The notes: generated by a model from the letters alone, not told the origin. Numbered from the stretch's first letter, positions 1 to 9,200 are shown. The stretch: 64,000 bases of DNA from an uncultured Candidatus Saccharibacteria bacterium (GCA_964454845.1 CAYVVS010000001.1:87273-151272); one strand, 5' to 3'. Numbers and translations are program-made.

Positions 1-524
1 CTCAAATTGCGGAATTGCTTGGAAAGCTTGAGATGACAGAAGAGACAGTGGCCTTCGTCATAGCCGAGCTACGTAAGCACCACGATAACCAACAGGTTTA
101 CTACGCCAACGCTATCGAGCAGACACGCTCTGAGTACGACACTATCCAGAAGAAGCTCGCTGTTCTGTACGAGGATAGGTTAGATGGGCGTATTACTATC
201 GATCAGTATGACGAATATGTGAAGGGTCTCAAGGCTCGCCAAGAGCAGTTAGACGAGCAGCTGCTTAACTTGACACACGATGACAAAAGCTTCCTCTTGA
301 CCGCCTCATATCTGTTGGAAGTGGCTAGAAAGGCACCTTTACTCTTCAGTAGTTCGAAAGCGGCATTAAAATCAAAGTTACTAAGGTTTTTAGTTTCGAA
401 CCTCAAATTAGAGGGTAAAAAGCTCGTTTATAACCTGAAAGCACCCTTTGATACGATCGTCGAGTGCTTTGAAAATGAAAATTGGCGGGCCCGACCGGAT
501 TCGAACCGGCGATCTCCTCCGTGA
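1..524 (+). CDS. Large serine recombinase, C-terminal fragment (open at window start); 3' end reads into tRNA-Asp
   Basis: ORF is open from base 3 in frame. Coiled-coil-like C-terminal region (…ITIDQYDEYVKGLKARQEQLDEQLLNL… …KSKLLRFLVSNLKLEGKKLVYNLKAPFDTIVE…) resembles C-terminal domains of large serine recombinases. Last ~40 nt overlap the 3' half of tRNA-Asp on the opposite strand. Confidence 0.45.
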   Translation, partial: QIAELLGKLEMTEETVAFVIAELRKHHDNQQVYYANAIEQTRSEYDTIQKKLAVLYEDRLDGRITIDQYDEYVKGLKARQEQLDEQLLNLTHDDKSFLLTASYLLEVARKAPLLFSSSKAALKSKLLRFLVSNLKLEGKKLVYNLKAPFDTIVECFENENWRARPDSNRRSPP

Positions 525-559
525 CAGGGAGGCATGTTAGGCCTCTACACCACGGGCCC
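483..559 (-). tRNA. tRNA-Asp (anticodon GTC), CCA encoded
   Basis: Reverse complement folds as cloverleaf: acceptor GGGCCCG/CGGGCCC, U8, D-stem GTGT/ACAT, anticodon stem CCTCC/GGAGG with loop CUGUCAC (GUC), T-stem GCCGG/CCGGT with loop TTCGAAT, discriminator G, CCA. Confidence 0.9.
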
Positions 560-847
560 GCGATAAAAGGAACTTGGATATTCTAGCATTTTTATGCACT
601 AAGTTCAATGCTAGCTCCCCAGTAGAGCGTGTCGCACATTTTGTGCTTTTCCACAGTTGAGTACAAAATATTAGAGGGCGAGTATAAAATGCCCAGCCAC
701 ATGAGACTAAGTAAAAATGACTACTATTTTTATACAAAAGTGTGAATACAGGAAGTATTCAATCTATATGCCCTTGATGAGGAGGGCTGAACTATGCAGA
801 ATTTCAGCCATCTAAAATGCTATTTTGTTGAGAGTAGTAGGTGAGTA

Positions 848-856
848 TGCTACAAT
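848..856 (+). promoter_or_regulatory. Putative extended -10 element TGCTACAAT upstream of tRNA-Gly/tRNA-Thr
   Basis: TGCTACAAT lies 27 nt upstream of the tRNA-Gly 5' end. The same 9-mer recurs upstream of tRNA-Pro, the HIT gene and the 44121 gene. Confidence 0.4.
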
Positions 857-882
857 TTTGGCGTTCTTCTACCAGGAGACGG

Positions 883-956
883 GCGGGTATCGTTTAATGG
901 TAGGATGCGACCTTCCCAAGGTTGAGACACGGGTTCGATTCCCGTTACCCGCTCCA
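883..956 (+). tRNA. tRNA-Gly (anticodon CCC), CCA encoded
   Basis: Acceptor GCGGGTA/TACCCGC, anticodon stem CGACC/GGTTG with loop UUCCCAA, T-arm ACGGG-TTCGATT-CCCGT, discriminator T, CCA. Confidence 0.88.
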
Positions 957-964
957 TATTACAA

Positions 965-983
965 GCCGATGTAGCTCAGTTGG
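965..983 (+). repeat. 19-nt direct copy of the tRNA-Thr 5' end (GCCGATGTAGCTCAGTTGG); tRNA fragment, not a complete tRNA
   Basis: Identical 19-mer to 1074-1092, the 5' acceptor/D-arm of the intact tRNA-Thr. No T-arm or anticodon arm follows. Bases 1010-1021 are the reverse complement of tRNA-Thr D-arm segment 1091-1102. Confidence 0.6.
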
Positions 984-1073
984 TCGTTCCGCAAAGCGGA
1001 CATCTAATCAGACTGCTCTGGCCAATATGTACTCTAGAGTGACACGTACAACGTACCAATAATATGCAAATAA

Positions 1074-1150
1074 GCCGATGTAGCTCAGTTGGCCAGAGCA
1101 ATGCTTTCGTAAAGCAGAGGTCGGCGGTTCAAATCCGCCCATCGGCTCCA
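1074..1150 (+). tRNA. tRNA-Thr (anticodon CGT), CCA encoded
   Basis: Acceptor GCCGATG/CATCGGC, D-arm GCTC-AGTTGGCCA-GAGC, anticodon stem (A)TGCT/AGCA(G) with loop UUCGUAA, T-arm GGCGG-TTCAAAT-CCGCC, discriminator T, CCA. Confidence 0.85.
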
Positions 1151-1243
1151 GATGTAAGATCGGCAAAATGTTTGGTGAGCTTACATCTGATACCAAAAGG
1201 TCGTTTTCTTACCTGAGGATTGGTATACTACAAAGTATATTTT

Positions 1244-1630
1244 ATGGCTCGCGAAACCCGAAAAAAACGACTCTTTACGAGTGAATTCTGGCAAAACAAC
1301 TGGCTTGTGGCTTTAGTTTTCTTGCTTGTTATCTTAAACATTGCGATTACTGTGATGGTTGTGTATCAGGTAAGGCCGGTAAACTCACCAGTGCCTACTC
1401 GGTTTACGAGTTTTGCCAACTTCGACAAACTAGGGGGCTGGACGAGCTTTTATTTGCTCCCGGCAATGAGCTGGCTTGTGTCGTTTACCAACATCTATCT
1501 GGCGCAGCTAGTGTATAAGCGCAGTCGTATTACCAGTGTTGTTATGGTGGTAGCGACGTTTGTGATGGCTTTGTTGGCTTTTCAGACGTCGTCGTATTTT
1601 ATAGGAGTGAGTTATGGCCCGCGTCAATAG
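1244..1630 (+). CDS. Small integral membrane protein (hypothetical)
   Basis: ORF with 3-4 hydrophobic helices. Overlaps the downstream GT2 start by 17 nt. Start chosen at MARETRKK; alternative is 1220. Confidence 0.45.
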   Translation: MARETRKKRLFTSEFWQNNWLVALVFLLVILNIAITVMVVYQVRPVNSPVPTRFTSFANFDKLGGWTSFYLLPAMSWLVSFTNIYLAQLVYKRSRITSVVMVVATFVMALLAFQTSSYFIGVSYGPRQ

Positions 1631-3305
1631 TCTTTCTGGATCTGGGGTAGAAGCCCCGCATAGGGTGGTGCGCCTTTTGGAGGTGTTGCCAGGTTTAGCT
1701 ACCTGGGTAACGATTTTCTTGCCAATTGTTCTTTCTATGTACGCTCCGGCGGTTGTGGCTTACTTTATTATCGCTTTTGACCTCTTTTGGTTAATGAAGT
1801 CTTTCCGCATGAGCTTTGCGCTTCTAGTGGGGCACCGTCGCTTGCGAATCGCTACCCAGCTTGATTGGAAGGCGCGTCTTCGCCATCTGGAAGGCATGAT
1901 GAGCGGGGAGGGTACGGAGGAGCTTGAGCAAGAGATAGTAGGGGCTAAGCGCGAGCAGGGCTTCTTCTGGTTTCTATCTAAAAAAGGGCGTCGCAAGCAA
2001 GAGCAGTTACAGCAGCTGCACGTAGAGCTTGATAATCTGCGTAATACCGAAGCCTTTCAGAAGCCGATAAAACCTTCCGAAGTAATACATGTTGTTATTT
2101 TAGCAACGTATAGCGAAACTTTAGAGACACTCAGGCCATCGCTGAAGGCCTTAGCGCAGGTAAACTATGATCTTGATAAGATTTGGTTTGTGCTGGCTTA
2201 TGAGGAGCGTGGAGGAGATGTGGATCGCGAGCGTGTAGCTACTCTTGAGAGAGAGTTCAAGGGGCAGTTTGGTCGCTTCATGAGCTTTGAGCATCCGGAC
2301 GGCATTGTTGGTGAAGAGCGCGGTAAGGGAGCGAATATCACCCACGCTGGGCGAGAGATGCTGAAGGTGATTCGTGCGGAAAATGTGAATGTAAAACAGG
2401 TAGTCGTCACAACGCTAGACGCCGATCATCGCCCAGATCCGGAGTACTTTAACCATCTTGCATACTCGTTTTGCACTTCGGAAACACCAAAGCATTACTC
2501 ATATCAGCCAATTCCGATGTTCTTTAATAATATTTGGCACGTCCCAGCACCAATGCGTGTAATTGCTACTGGTAACTCGTTCTGGGTAATTATTAACTCC
2601 GTGCGCCCACACTTGCTCCGCAACTTTGCGAGCCACTCTCAGCCTTTGGAGGCACTTATCGATACCGATTTTTGGGCGACATGGTCGGTAGTGGAAGATG
2701 GTCACCAGTACTGGCGTAGCTACTATCGTTATAACGGGCAGTATCGGGTTGAGCCAATCTACGCACCAATTTATCAGGATGCTACGTTAGCCTCAAACTA
2801 CTTTAAGACCTTCAAAAACCAGTACTTGCAGCTGCGGCGGTGGGCATATGGAGTTTCGGACATTCCTTATGTAGCTATCCAGAACGCTCGACATCCTAAA
2901 ATCCCGGCTGGTTCTCGTACGGTACATTTTTGGCGCTTGTTTGAAGGTCATTACTCATGGGCGACTGCACCACTTATTTTGACGTTTGTTGCTTGGATGC
3001 CACTATTCCTTAACTCTACGTTTAAATACAGCGTGATCGCACACCAGCTGCCGATTATTGCCTCGCAAATTATGACGATTGCCATGATCGGTCTGTTTAT
3101 TACTATCTGGCTTTCCATTATTTCTCTACCTCAGCGCCCAAGAAGTAAAAAGAAAATTCAGGGTATTTTTATGATCTTGCAGTGGGCGCTCCTGCCAATC
3201 GTAGCTTTAGGCTTTGGTGCACTAGCAGCAATTGACGCACAAACGCGACTGATGTTTGGAAAATATCTCGGCTTTCGTGTAACCGAAAAGGCGGTGAAGG
3301 AATGA
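1614..3305 (+). CDS. Membrane-embedded processive family-2 glycosyltransferase (cellulose/chitin/hyaluronan-synthase-like)
   Basis: N- and C-terminal TM helices. Central GT-A region with DAD motif (TTLDADHRPD) and the processive-synthase signature QxxRW (QLRRW). Confidence 0.7.
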   Translation: MARVNSLSGSGVEAPHRVVRLLEVLPGLATWVTIFLPIVLSMYAPAVVAYFIIAFDLFWLMKSFRMSFALLVGHRRLRIATQLDWKARLRHLEGMMSGEGTEELEQEIVGAKREQGFFWFLSKKGRRKQEQLQQLHVELDNLRNTEAFQKPIKPSEVIHVVILATYSETLETLRPSLKALAQVNYDLDKIWFVLAYEERGGDVDRERVATLEREFKGQFGRFMSFEHPDGIVGEERGKGANITHAGREMLKVIRAENVNVKQVVVTTLDADHRPDPEYFNHLAYSFCTSETPKHYSYQPIPMFFNNIWHVPAPMRVIATGNSFWVIINSVRPHLLRNFASHSQPLEALIDTDFWATWSVVEDGHQYWRSYYRYNGQYRVEPIYAPIYQDATLASNYFKTFKNQYLQLRRWAYGVSDIPYVAIQNARHPKIPAGSRTVHFWRLFEGHYSWATAPLILTFVAWMPLFLNSTFKYSVIAHQLPIIASQIMTIAMIGLFITIWLSIISLPQRPRSKKKIQGIFMILQWALLPIVALGFGALAAIDAQTRLMFGKYLGFRVTEKAVKE

Positions 3306-4360
3306 TGTGGCTGTATCTAGCGGCGTTTCTTTCAAGTCTAGTATTGGCGTTGGTACTAACGCCGCTCGTTATTAAGTTAGCTATACGCATTGGCGCTGTT
3401 GATAACCCAAGTGAGGCTACCCGCAAAATCCATGAGCGAATCATGCCAAGGGCGGGAGGCATTGTGATTGCCTCTATATTTGTGGTGCTTAGTTTGTCGC
3501 TCACTCCTGGTGCACCAACAAAGGCTTATTGGGGAGCACTGCTCGCTAGCACGGCAGTCTTTTGTGTCGGCCTCTATGACGATGTTAAAAGGCTGAGTCC
3601 ATGGGTGAAACTTGTTGCGCAAATTACAGCAGCATTAGTAGCAATACTGTTTTTTGGAGTTGGTGTAGAAGTAATTTCTAATCCGCTCGGCCAGCAATTT
3701 AATCTGGGCAAGACTCTGGTTGAAGTCGGCGGCTACGCGGTGCCGATTATTTCTGTAATGTTTAGTCTGTTTTGGATGGTCGGCATGACAAACACCATGA
3801 ATTTTTTGGACGGTCTTGATGGCTTAGCAACTGGAGTGGGTGGTATCGCGGCATTGATCTTGTTTTTGGTCTCCGTAAACCCCCGCATTGATCAGCCAGC
3901 AACAGCTGTTATGGCGCTGATTCTTCTAGGTGCTTGTCTAGGGTTTTTACGTTACAACTTTTATCCAGCAAAAATATTTTTAGGTGATAGCGGTGCCTAT
4001 TTCTTGGGCATGATGCTGGGTAGCTTAGCGATTATTTCTGGTGCCAAGTTGGCCACTGCGCTGCTGGTATTGGGTGTTCCGGTTATCGATGCGCTTTGGT
4101 CTGTGGTTCGACGCTTAGCCCAAGGTAAGTCACCATTTACAGCCGATCGTGGTCATTTTCACTACATACTGCTTGATGCCGGCCTGAGCCAGCGGCAGGC
4201 CGTATTGTTAATTTATGCGCTTTCTTTGGCTTTTGGCTTGTTTGCTCTTTTGGGCGATGGTCTAGAAAAGCTCCTGGCGCTGATTGTATTGGTGGTGGTA
4301 GTAGCTTTACTAATGATTACTTTTACTCTTACGCGCAAACGTCACGCTAGGCGTGCCTAA
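3302..4360 (+). CDS. MraY/WecA-family polyprenyl-phosphate N-acetylhexosamine-1-phosphate transferase
   Basis: About 10 TM helices. Signature NTMNFLDGLDGLATG and DD(V)KRL loop typical of the Glycos_transf_4 (MraY/WecA/TagO) family. Start overlaps the GT2 stop (ATGA). Confidence 0.75.
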   Translation: MMWLYLAAFLSSLVLALVLTPLVIKLAIRIGAVDNPSEATRKIHERIMPRAGGIVIASIFVVLSLSLTPGAPTKAYWGALLASTAVFCVGLYDDVKRLSPWVKLVAQITAALVAILFFGVGVEVISNPLGQQFNLGKTLVEVGGYAVPIISVMFSLFWMVGMTNTMNFLDGLDGLATGVGGIAALILFLVSVNPRIDQPATAVMALILLGACLGFLRYNFYPAKIFLGDSGAYFLGMMLGSLAIISGAKLATALLVLGVPVIDALWSVVRRLAQGKSPFTADRGHFHYILLDAGLSQRQAVLLIYALSLAFGLFALLGDGLEKLLALIVLVVVVALLMITFTLTRKRHARRA

Positions 4361-4422
4361 CCTGATATCTGATTGACTCCTGAAGGGAAAATGGGTAAAA
4401 TGTAGCTCAAGAGGGAGTACCA

Positions 4423-4767
4423 TTGAATCCAAAAGCACTCAATGAACTGATCAATAACTTGCGCGTCTTCTATCGCTGCCCTTCGTGCAGTGCGGAATAT
4501 CACGCCGATGACATCCGTTTTCTTGGCAAGGTGGATCAGCATTGTTTCATGCAGCTCAACTGTCAAAAATGTTCTTTGCCGGTATTAGCTACAGTGCTCA
4601 TGAGTCATACTGTGGCCGCTAAAGCGAAGCGCAATCGTCGTAAAACCCATAAGTCTTCGCTTGGTATGGATGCTTCTCGAAGAGAGAGAGCGCAATTTCA
4701 GCAAAGAGGTGCAATTACTGCTGCTGAGATTGCAGATTTCTATGGGTTTTTAAACTCCCAGGTATAA
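4423..4767 (+). CDS. Hypothetical small protein with two CxxC pairs (zinc-ribbon-like)
   Basis: CPSC…(28 aa)…CQKC, then a basic C-terminal tail. No family recognised. Confidence 0.35.
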   Translation: MNPKALNELINNLRVFYRCPSCSAEYHADDIRFLGKVDQHCFMQLNCQKCSLPVLATVLMSHTVAAKAKRNRRKTHKSSLGMDASRRERAQFQQRGAITAAEIADFYGFLNSQV

Positions 4768-4814
4768 CTGATTCAATGATCTCTCATTTTTTGAGAAAAT
4801 AGTAAGGAGATAGA

Positions 4815-5489
4815 ATGGATACATTAAAACTACAAGTGGAAACACGCGCCGATATGGGCAAGAAAGCTCAGCAGGTTCGTGCCAGCGGTAAAATACCCGC
4901 TGTAGTCTACGGTCGCGGCGATACGAATCAGTCGGTGGCAGTAAATGCACTGGTATTTGCGAAGGCTTTTCAAAAAGCTGGGCACTCTGGCTTGGTGGAG
5001 CTCGCGATTGATGAAGCTAAACCAGTAAACGTGCTTATCCAAGATGTTCAGACAGACCACTTGGGTCGTCCGCTTCACATTGACTTCTATCAAGTGAAGA
5101 TGGATGAGGCTATTCGTACGGAAGTGCCACTTAAGTTGGTTGGTGATGCTCCTGGTGCCTTTAATTTAGGCGGATCACTTGTGCAGGTACTAGAAGAAGT
5201 TGAAGTAGAGGCGTTACCAGCAAACCTACCAAATGCTATCGAAGTTGATGTATCTGGGCTGGAAGAGCTCGAGAGCAGCCTCAGCGTAGCCGATTTACAG
5301 GCTCCAGATAAGGTAAAGATCCTTACTGATGAGCACGAATTAGTTTGTCGTGTTGAGTCGCCACGCTCTGAAGAAGAAATGGCAGAACTCGATGCCGAAA
5401 TGGGCGAAGAAGTGAAGCCCGAAGATGCCGAGGCCAGTGAGCCTGCAGAAGCTGATACGACCGAACAGTCTAAAGCAACGATTCTGTAA
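4815..5489 (+). CDS. rplY: 50S ribosomal protein L25 / general stress protein Ctc
   Basis: N-terminus MDTLKLQVETRADMGKKAQQVRASGKIPAVVYGRG… matches the L25/Ctc family, with an acidic C-terminal extension. SD AAGGAGA 7 nt upstream. Confidence 0.85.
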   Translation: MDTLKLQVETRADMGKKAQQVRASGKIPAVVYGRGDTNQSVAVNALVFAKAFQKAGHSGLVELAIDEAKPVNVLIQDVQTDHLGRPLHIDFYQVKMDEAIRTEVPLKLVGDAPGAFNLGGSLVQVLEEVEVEALPANLPNAIEVDVSGLEELESSLSVADLQAPDKVKILTDEHELVCRVESPRSEEEMAELDAEMGEEVKPEDAEASEPAEADTTEQSKATIL

Positions 5490-5493
5490 AAAA

Positions 5494-5519
5494 AGACCCC
5501 TTCACAGGGGTCTTTTTTT
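5494..5519 (+). terminator. Rho-independent terminator after rplY
   Basis: AGACCCC-ttcaca-GGGGTCT hairpin followed by T7. Confidence 0.8.
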
Positions 5520-5591
5520 ACTAAGCAATAGGGTAAGTGACTTTTTAGACTAAATACATATGACTTATGCTGTGACATGAGCTATATGTAT

Positions 5592-6023
5592 TTAGTATTT
5601 TTTAATTTCTGCCTTCAGATCTGATTTAGTACGGAAATTCATATGTAGCGCCATATAGCGCATAAAAGCATTCATATCTATAGCCTTAAGCGTTTCTAAG
5701 CACAGGCGACGCAGTAAGTCCGCCTCTATTTCGTCTTGACCGCGAATAATGATCTTTTGCTCAATAGTATCTACGAGATTATCGACATCTACATCAGTTA
5801 GATGTTCGGCGTCTAGTACTCGGAGTATTGAGATAAATAAAACCGAGCGGCGATAGGGGGAGGTTTTGCTGCTGCTCACCACCTGGATGAATGATAAATC
5901 TTGCCGCTCGTAAGTCGTGATGACCTTGCCACAGTCCGCGCATCGACGTCTGCGCCATATCTGGCTACCACCTCGTGTCGAGCGCGTGTTTACCACCTCA
6001 CTGTGGGGTGACCTGCATTTCAT
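5592..6023 (-). CDS. nrdR: Transcriptional repressor NrdR (zinc ribbon + ATP-cone)
   Basis: MKCRSPHSEVVNTRS…RRRRCADCGKVITTYER zinc ribbon followed by an ATP-cone-like region. Start taken at the 4th codon of the listed ORF. Confidence 0.85.
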   Translation of the reverse strand: MKCRSPHSEVVNTRSTRGGSQIWRRRRCADCGKVITTYERQDLSFIQVVSSSKTSPYRRSVLFISILRVLDAEHLTDVDVDNLVDTIEQKIIIRGQDEIEADLLRRLCLETLKAIDMNAFMRYMALHMNFRTKSDLKAEIKKY

Positions 6024-6067
6024 GCAAATCATGTCTATATATTGTCATACCCCTGGTGGTTGGTGCA

Positions 6068-6099
6068 AGTGGATAACTCAAAAATGTTGTGGATAACTC
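6068..6099 (+). promoter_or_regulatory. Two direct repeats (A/T)GTGGATAACTC spaced 20 bp (DnaA-box-like, TTATCCACA on the other strand) in the nrdR/giant-gene divergent region
   Basis: AGTGGATAACTC at 6068-6079 and TGTGGATAACTC at 6088-6099. The second copy contains a perfect TGTGGATAA. Confidence 0.35.
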
Positions 6100-6202
6100 G
6101 TGCGCTAGAAACAGAAAACCCCTTACGCTTCCAGGTTGCATCAGATATAATAAACACAAGCTTTTTATTGAAGGCAGCTGTGCCTGTATGCAAACCAAAG
6201 AT

Positions 6203-9200
6203 ATGAGTAAAAAAACAATCGAACATTTAAGACACGCATCAAAAAAAGCACTGTCCGTACCGGGCCGGTGTTATGTTGGTGCATCTACAGCGCGGAGTCG
6301 CACAATTGGGTCCGCGCATGAGAATCTGCAACGAAGATATAAGTGGTATGAAAAGTGGCATGCGTGGAATTTTAAGAAAATAAACCACCAGCATGTGCAC
6401 TGGGCTGTGGCAGTGTTTTATACCTTGGCGCTTTCTGCCTTGCTGCTTTTGCGTGTGGGGGTAGTACGGGCAGCCGATTTTACTGATAGTTGGGATTTCA
6501 CGAGTATTGCGGCCTTCTTGCTTGATGGGGGCGTTGAGCAGAACGGATCTTCAATAAGCTTGAAACCCCAGGGCTATAGCTCGGACGGTAGTACAGCAGC
6601 TTTGTACCATTTTGATGAGGCTGCTGGCACGAGTATTGATGATAGCTCGAGCAATAATAATGACCTCACTACCACCGGGTTACCTGGCTTTGTTAGTGGT
6701 AATTTAAACAACGCTTTGAGTTTAGATGGCACTGGTCAATACGCAAGTGTTGCTGATTCTACATCATTATCTATGACTGGACAGATGACATTAGAGGGGT
6801 GGATTAAGCCAAGTAGTACTTTTAACAACAATTCTGATTTTTCACAAACCATAATTGATAAAGGGTCGTACCGTATGGGGCTAGATCGTACAAGCGGTCG
6901 AGCCTTCTTCGAAGTTGAGAGGAGTGGTACTCAATCCTGGACGAAACGCCTTGGTGATGAGCAGTCTGGTAGTTGGTCGTTTAACCATGGAGGTTTAGAT
7001 GCCATGGTTGCAAACGGTACTGATCTTTATGCGGGTACAGGCCTCTCTACAGGTGACGCTGAGGTTTGGAAGTGGAATGGTAGTAGCTGGACAAAGATAG
7101 CTGGCGATGGGATGAACAATAGCTGGCCCGCATCGACGTATGAAAAGGTTGCTAGTCTGGCGGTGAATGGGAGCTCCCTGTATGCCGGTCTTGGTAGCAC
7201 AGCTGGTGATGCCGAGATATGGACTTGCAATATGAACACAAATTGTACCTCTTGGACAAAGATAGGCGGCGATGGGAATGGTCCGGGGGTGGCATCTCAT
7301 ACGGCGATTGAATCGATGGCTGTATATGGAGGAAACCTCTATGTAGGTGGCACGTCCACATCGGCGGGTTCCGCGGATGTATGGAAGTATAATGGCGGAA
7401 CTTCCTGGACGCAGGTTGGTGGCGACGGTCTCAATAGCGGCTGGGCGGCCTCTACCTTTGAAGCAGTGAGTGCCCTATATAGTGATGGTACTTATTTATA
7501 TGCCGGTATTGGCGTAACGACTGCCGATGGAGAAGTATGGCGCTACAACGGTACAAGTTGGACTATGATTGGTGGCGATGGAGTAAATCTTGGTGGCGGT
7601 GCATCCTGGAATACTAACTACGAACGAGTGAGCTCAATAACATCTTACGGGGGGAATCTCTACGTTGGTTTAGGTGATAGTGCAAACGATGCTGAGGTGT
7701 GGCGACTAAGCGGCACAACTTGGTCTCAGATTGGTGGCGACGGCCTGAATAGCGGCTGGGCGGGGACAGCGGCGTTAACTCGAGTTTATTCTATGGTAAA
7801 TGACGGAACGAATCTCTATGTAGGCTTGGGTAGTGGATCTGGGGCGGCACAGGTTTGGAAATGGAACGGCAGTTCTTGGACGGGACTCTCGGTGGGGGGC
7901 GGTAATACTACGACTTCTTGGACATCAAGTATGATTGGTGCGATGGTTTGGGCGAATAGTAAACTCTACGCTGCGCCTTCGTCTAGTTCGAATTATGGCT
8001 CTGGAGTGTACGAATACAACGGCAGTGCCTGGAACCTCATAGGTGGCTGGTTTGTAAATGGCAGTTGGGGTGGGGCGGATATTACTCGTATTATGTCCTC
8101 TACAACTCATGACGGAAAACTTTATTATGGACTTGGCTTCGCGACCAACAATGCTCAGGTTTATGAATACGACGGCACTACCTCTCGTCGTGTAGGCGGC
8201 TCTGGTCTTAATGGTAGCTGGCCAGCTTGGGCTTACGAAGGTGTCTATTCTATGGCTTCCTACAAAGGGAATCTCTACGTTGGGCTAGGCTCAGGAGCTG
8301 GCGATGGCGAAGTTTGGCGTTGGGATGGCTCGAACTGGACTCAAGTTGGTGGCGATGGAGTTGGATCGAGCTGGAATAGCGGTGAAGCGGCTGTACTTTC
8401 AATGACAGTGTTTAACGGCAATCTATATATAGGCCTTGGTAGTGGAGCTTATCAGGGGGATCTCTGGCAATACAATGGTTCTACTTGGACGCTTGTTGCT
8501 GGCGAGCCTGCTAGTGGTATTGGCGGCCAGGTGAATGGATCGTGGAATGTGAACCCGCGTGGAGTAGAGACCATGGTTGTGTATAACGGCCAGCTCTGTG
8601 CCGGACTAGGCGGCAGTGGAGCTTGGGGAGAAGTTTGGTGCTGGAGTGGTTCAGGCAATTGGACAAAAATAGGTGGAGGCAATGCTGTTTCTGTGAACGG
8701 AAGTTGGTCGAGTTCAATTGCGGTTTTGGCGATGGCAACTTACCGTGATAAGTTATATGCCACGATTCGCACAAGTGGCCAAGCTGCTTCTATCTGGGAA
8801 TGGGATGGTTCAACTTGGACACAGGTAGCTGGCGCTGACCTCAATGGGAGCTGGAGTGACAGCACATATACCTGGGCGCGCACCATGGCAGTTTATAATG
8901 GCTACCTGTATGCAGGCACTGGTTATAGCGGCGCATCTAACCCAACTGGTGACGTTTGGCGTTGGGATGGCTCAACCTGGACACAGGCTGGTGGGGACGG
9001 AATAGCCAATAGCTGGACGACATCAGATCAGCGCGAAGAAGTGGGCGACCTCATTACTTACAAAGGGAAGCTATACGCGGCAACTGGGTATACGGGTAAT
9101 TCAGATGCGTTAGTGTATTCTTTTGGGGATAATGCATATACGGAGTCGGCAACTAGTTCTTTTGATACTAATTGGCATCATTTGGCAGGTGTTTATGATG

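Noticed and set aside
537-1196. Small ORFs 537-737(-) and 1008-1196(-)
   Set aside because: They overlap tRNA-Asp and the tRNA-Thr/partial-tRNA region respectively.
5090-5578. 162-aa Ser-rich minus-strand ORF antisense to rplY
   Set aside because: Low-complexity antisense reading of the acidic rplY C-terminal extension. rplY has SD, homology and a terminator.
6089-6202. Upstream ATG (6089) giving a 2070-aa version of giant 1 that begins MDNSCARNRK
   Set aside because: That ATG lies inside the second GTGGATAACTC repeat of the intergenic region and gives a non-signal-like N-terminus. A start near 6188/6203 (MSKK…), followed by a basic segment and one TM helix, parallels the N-terminus of giant 2.
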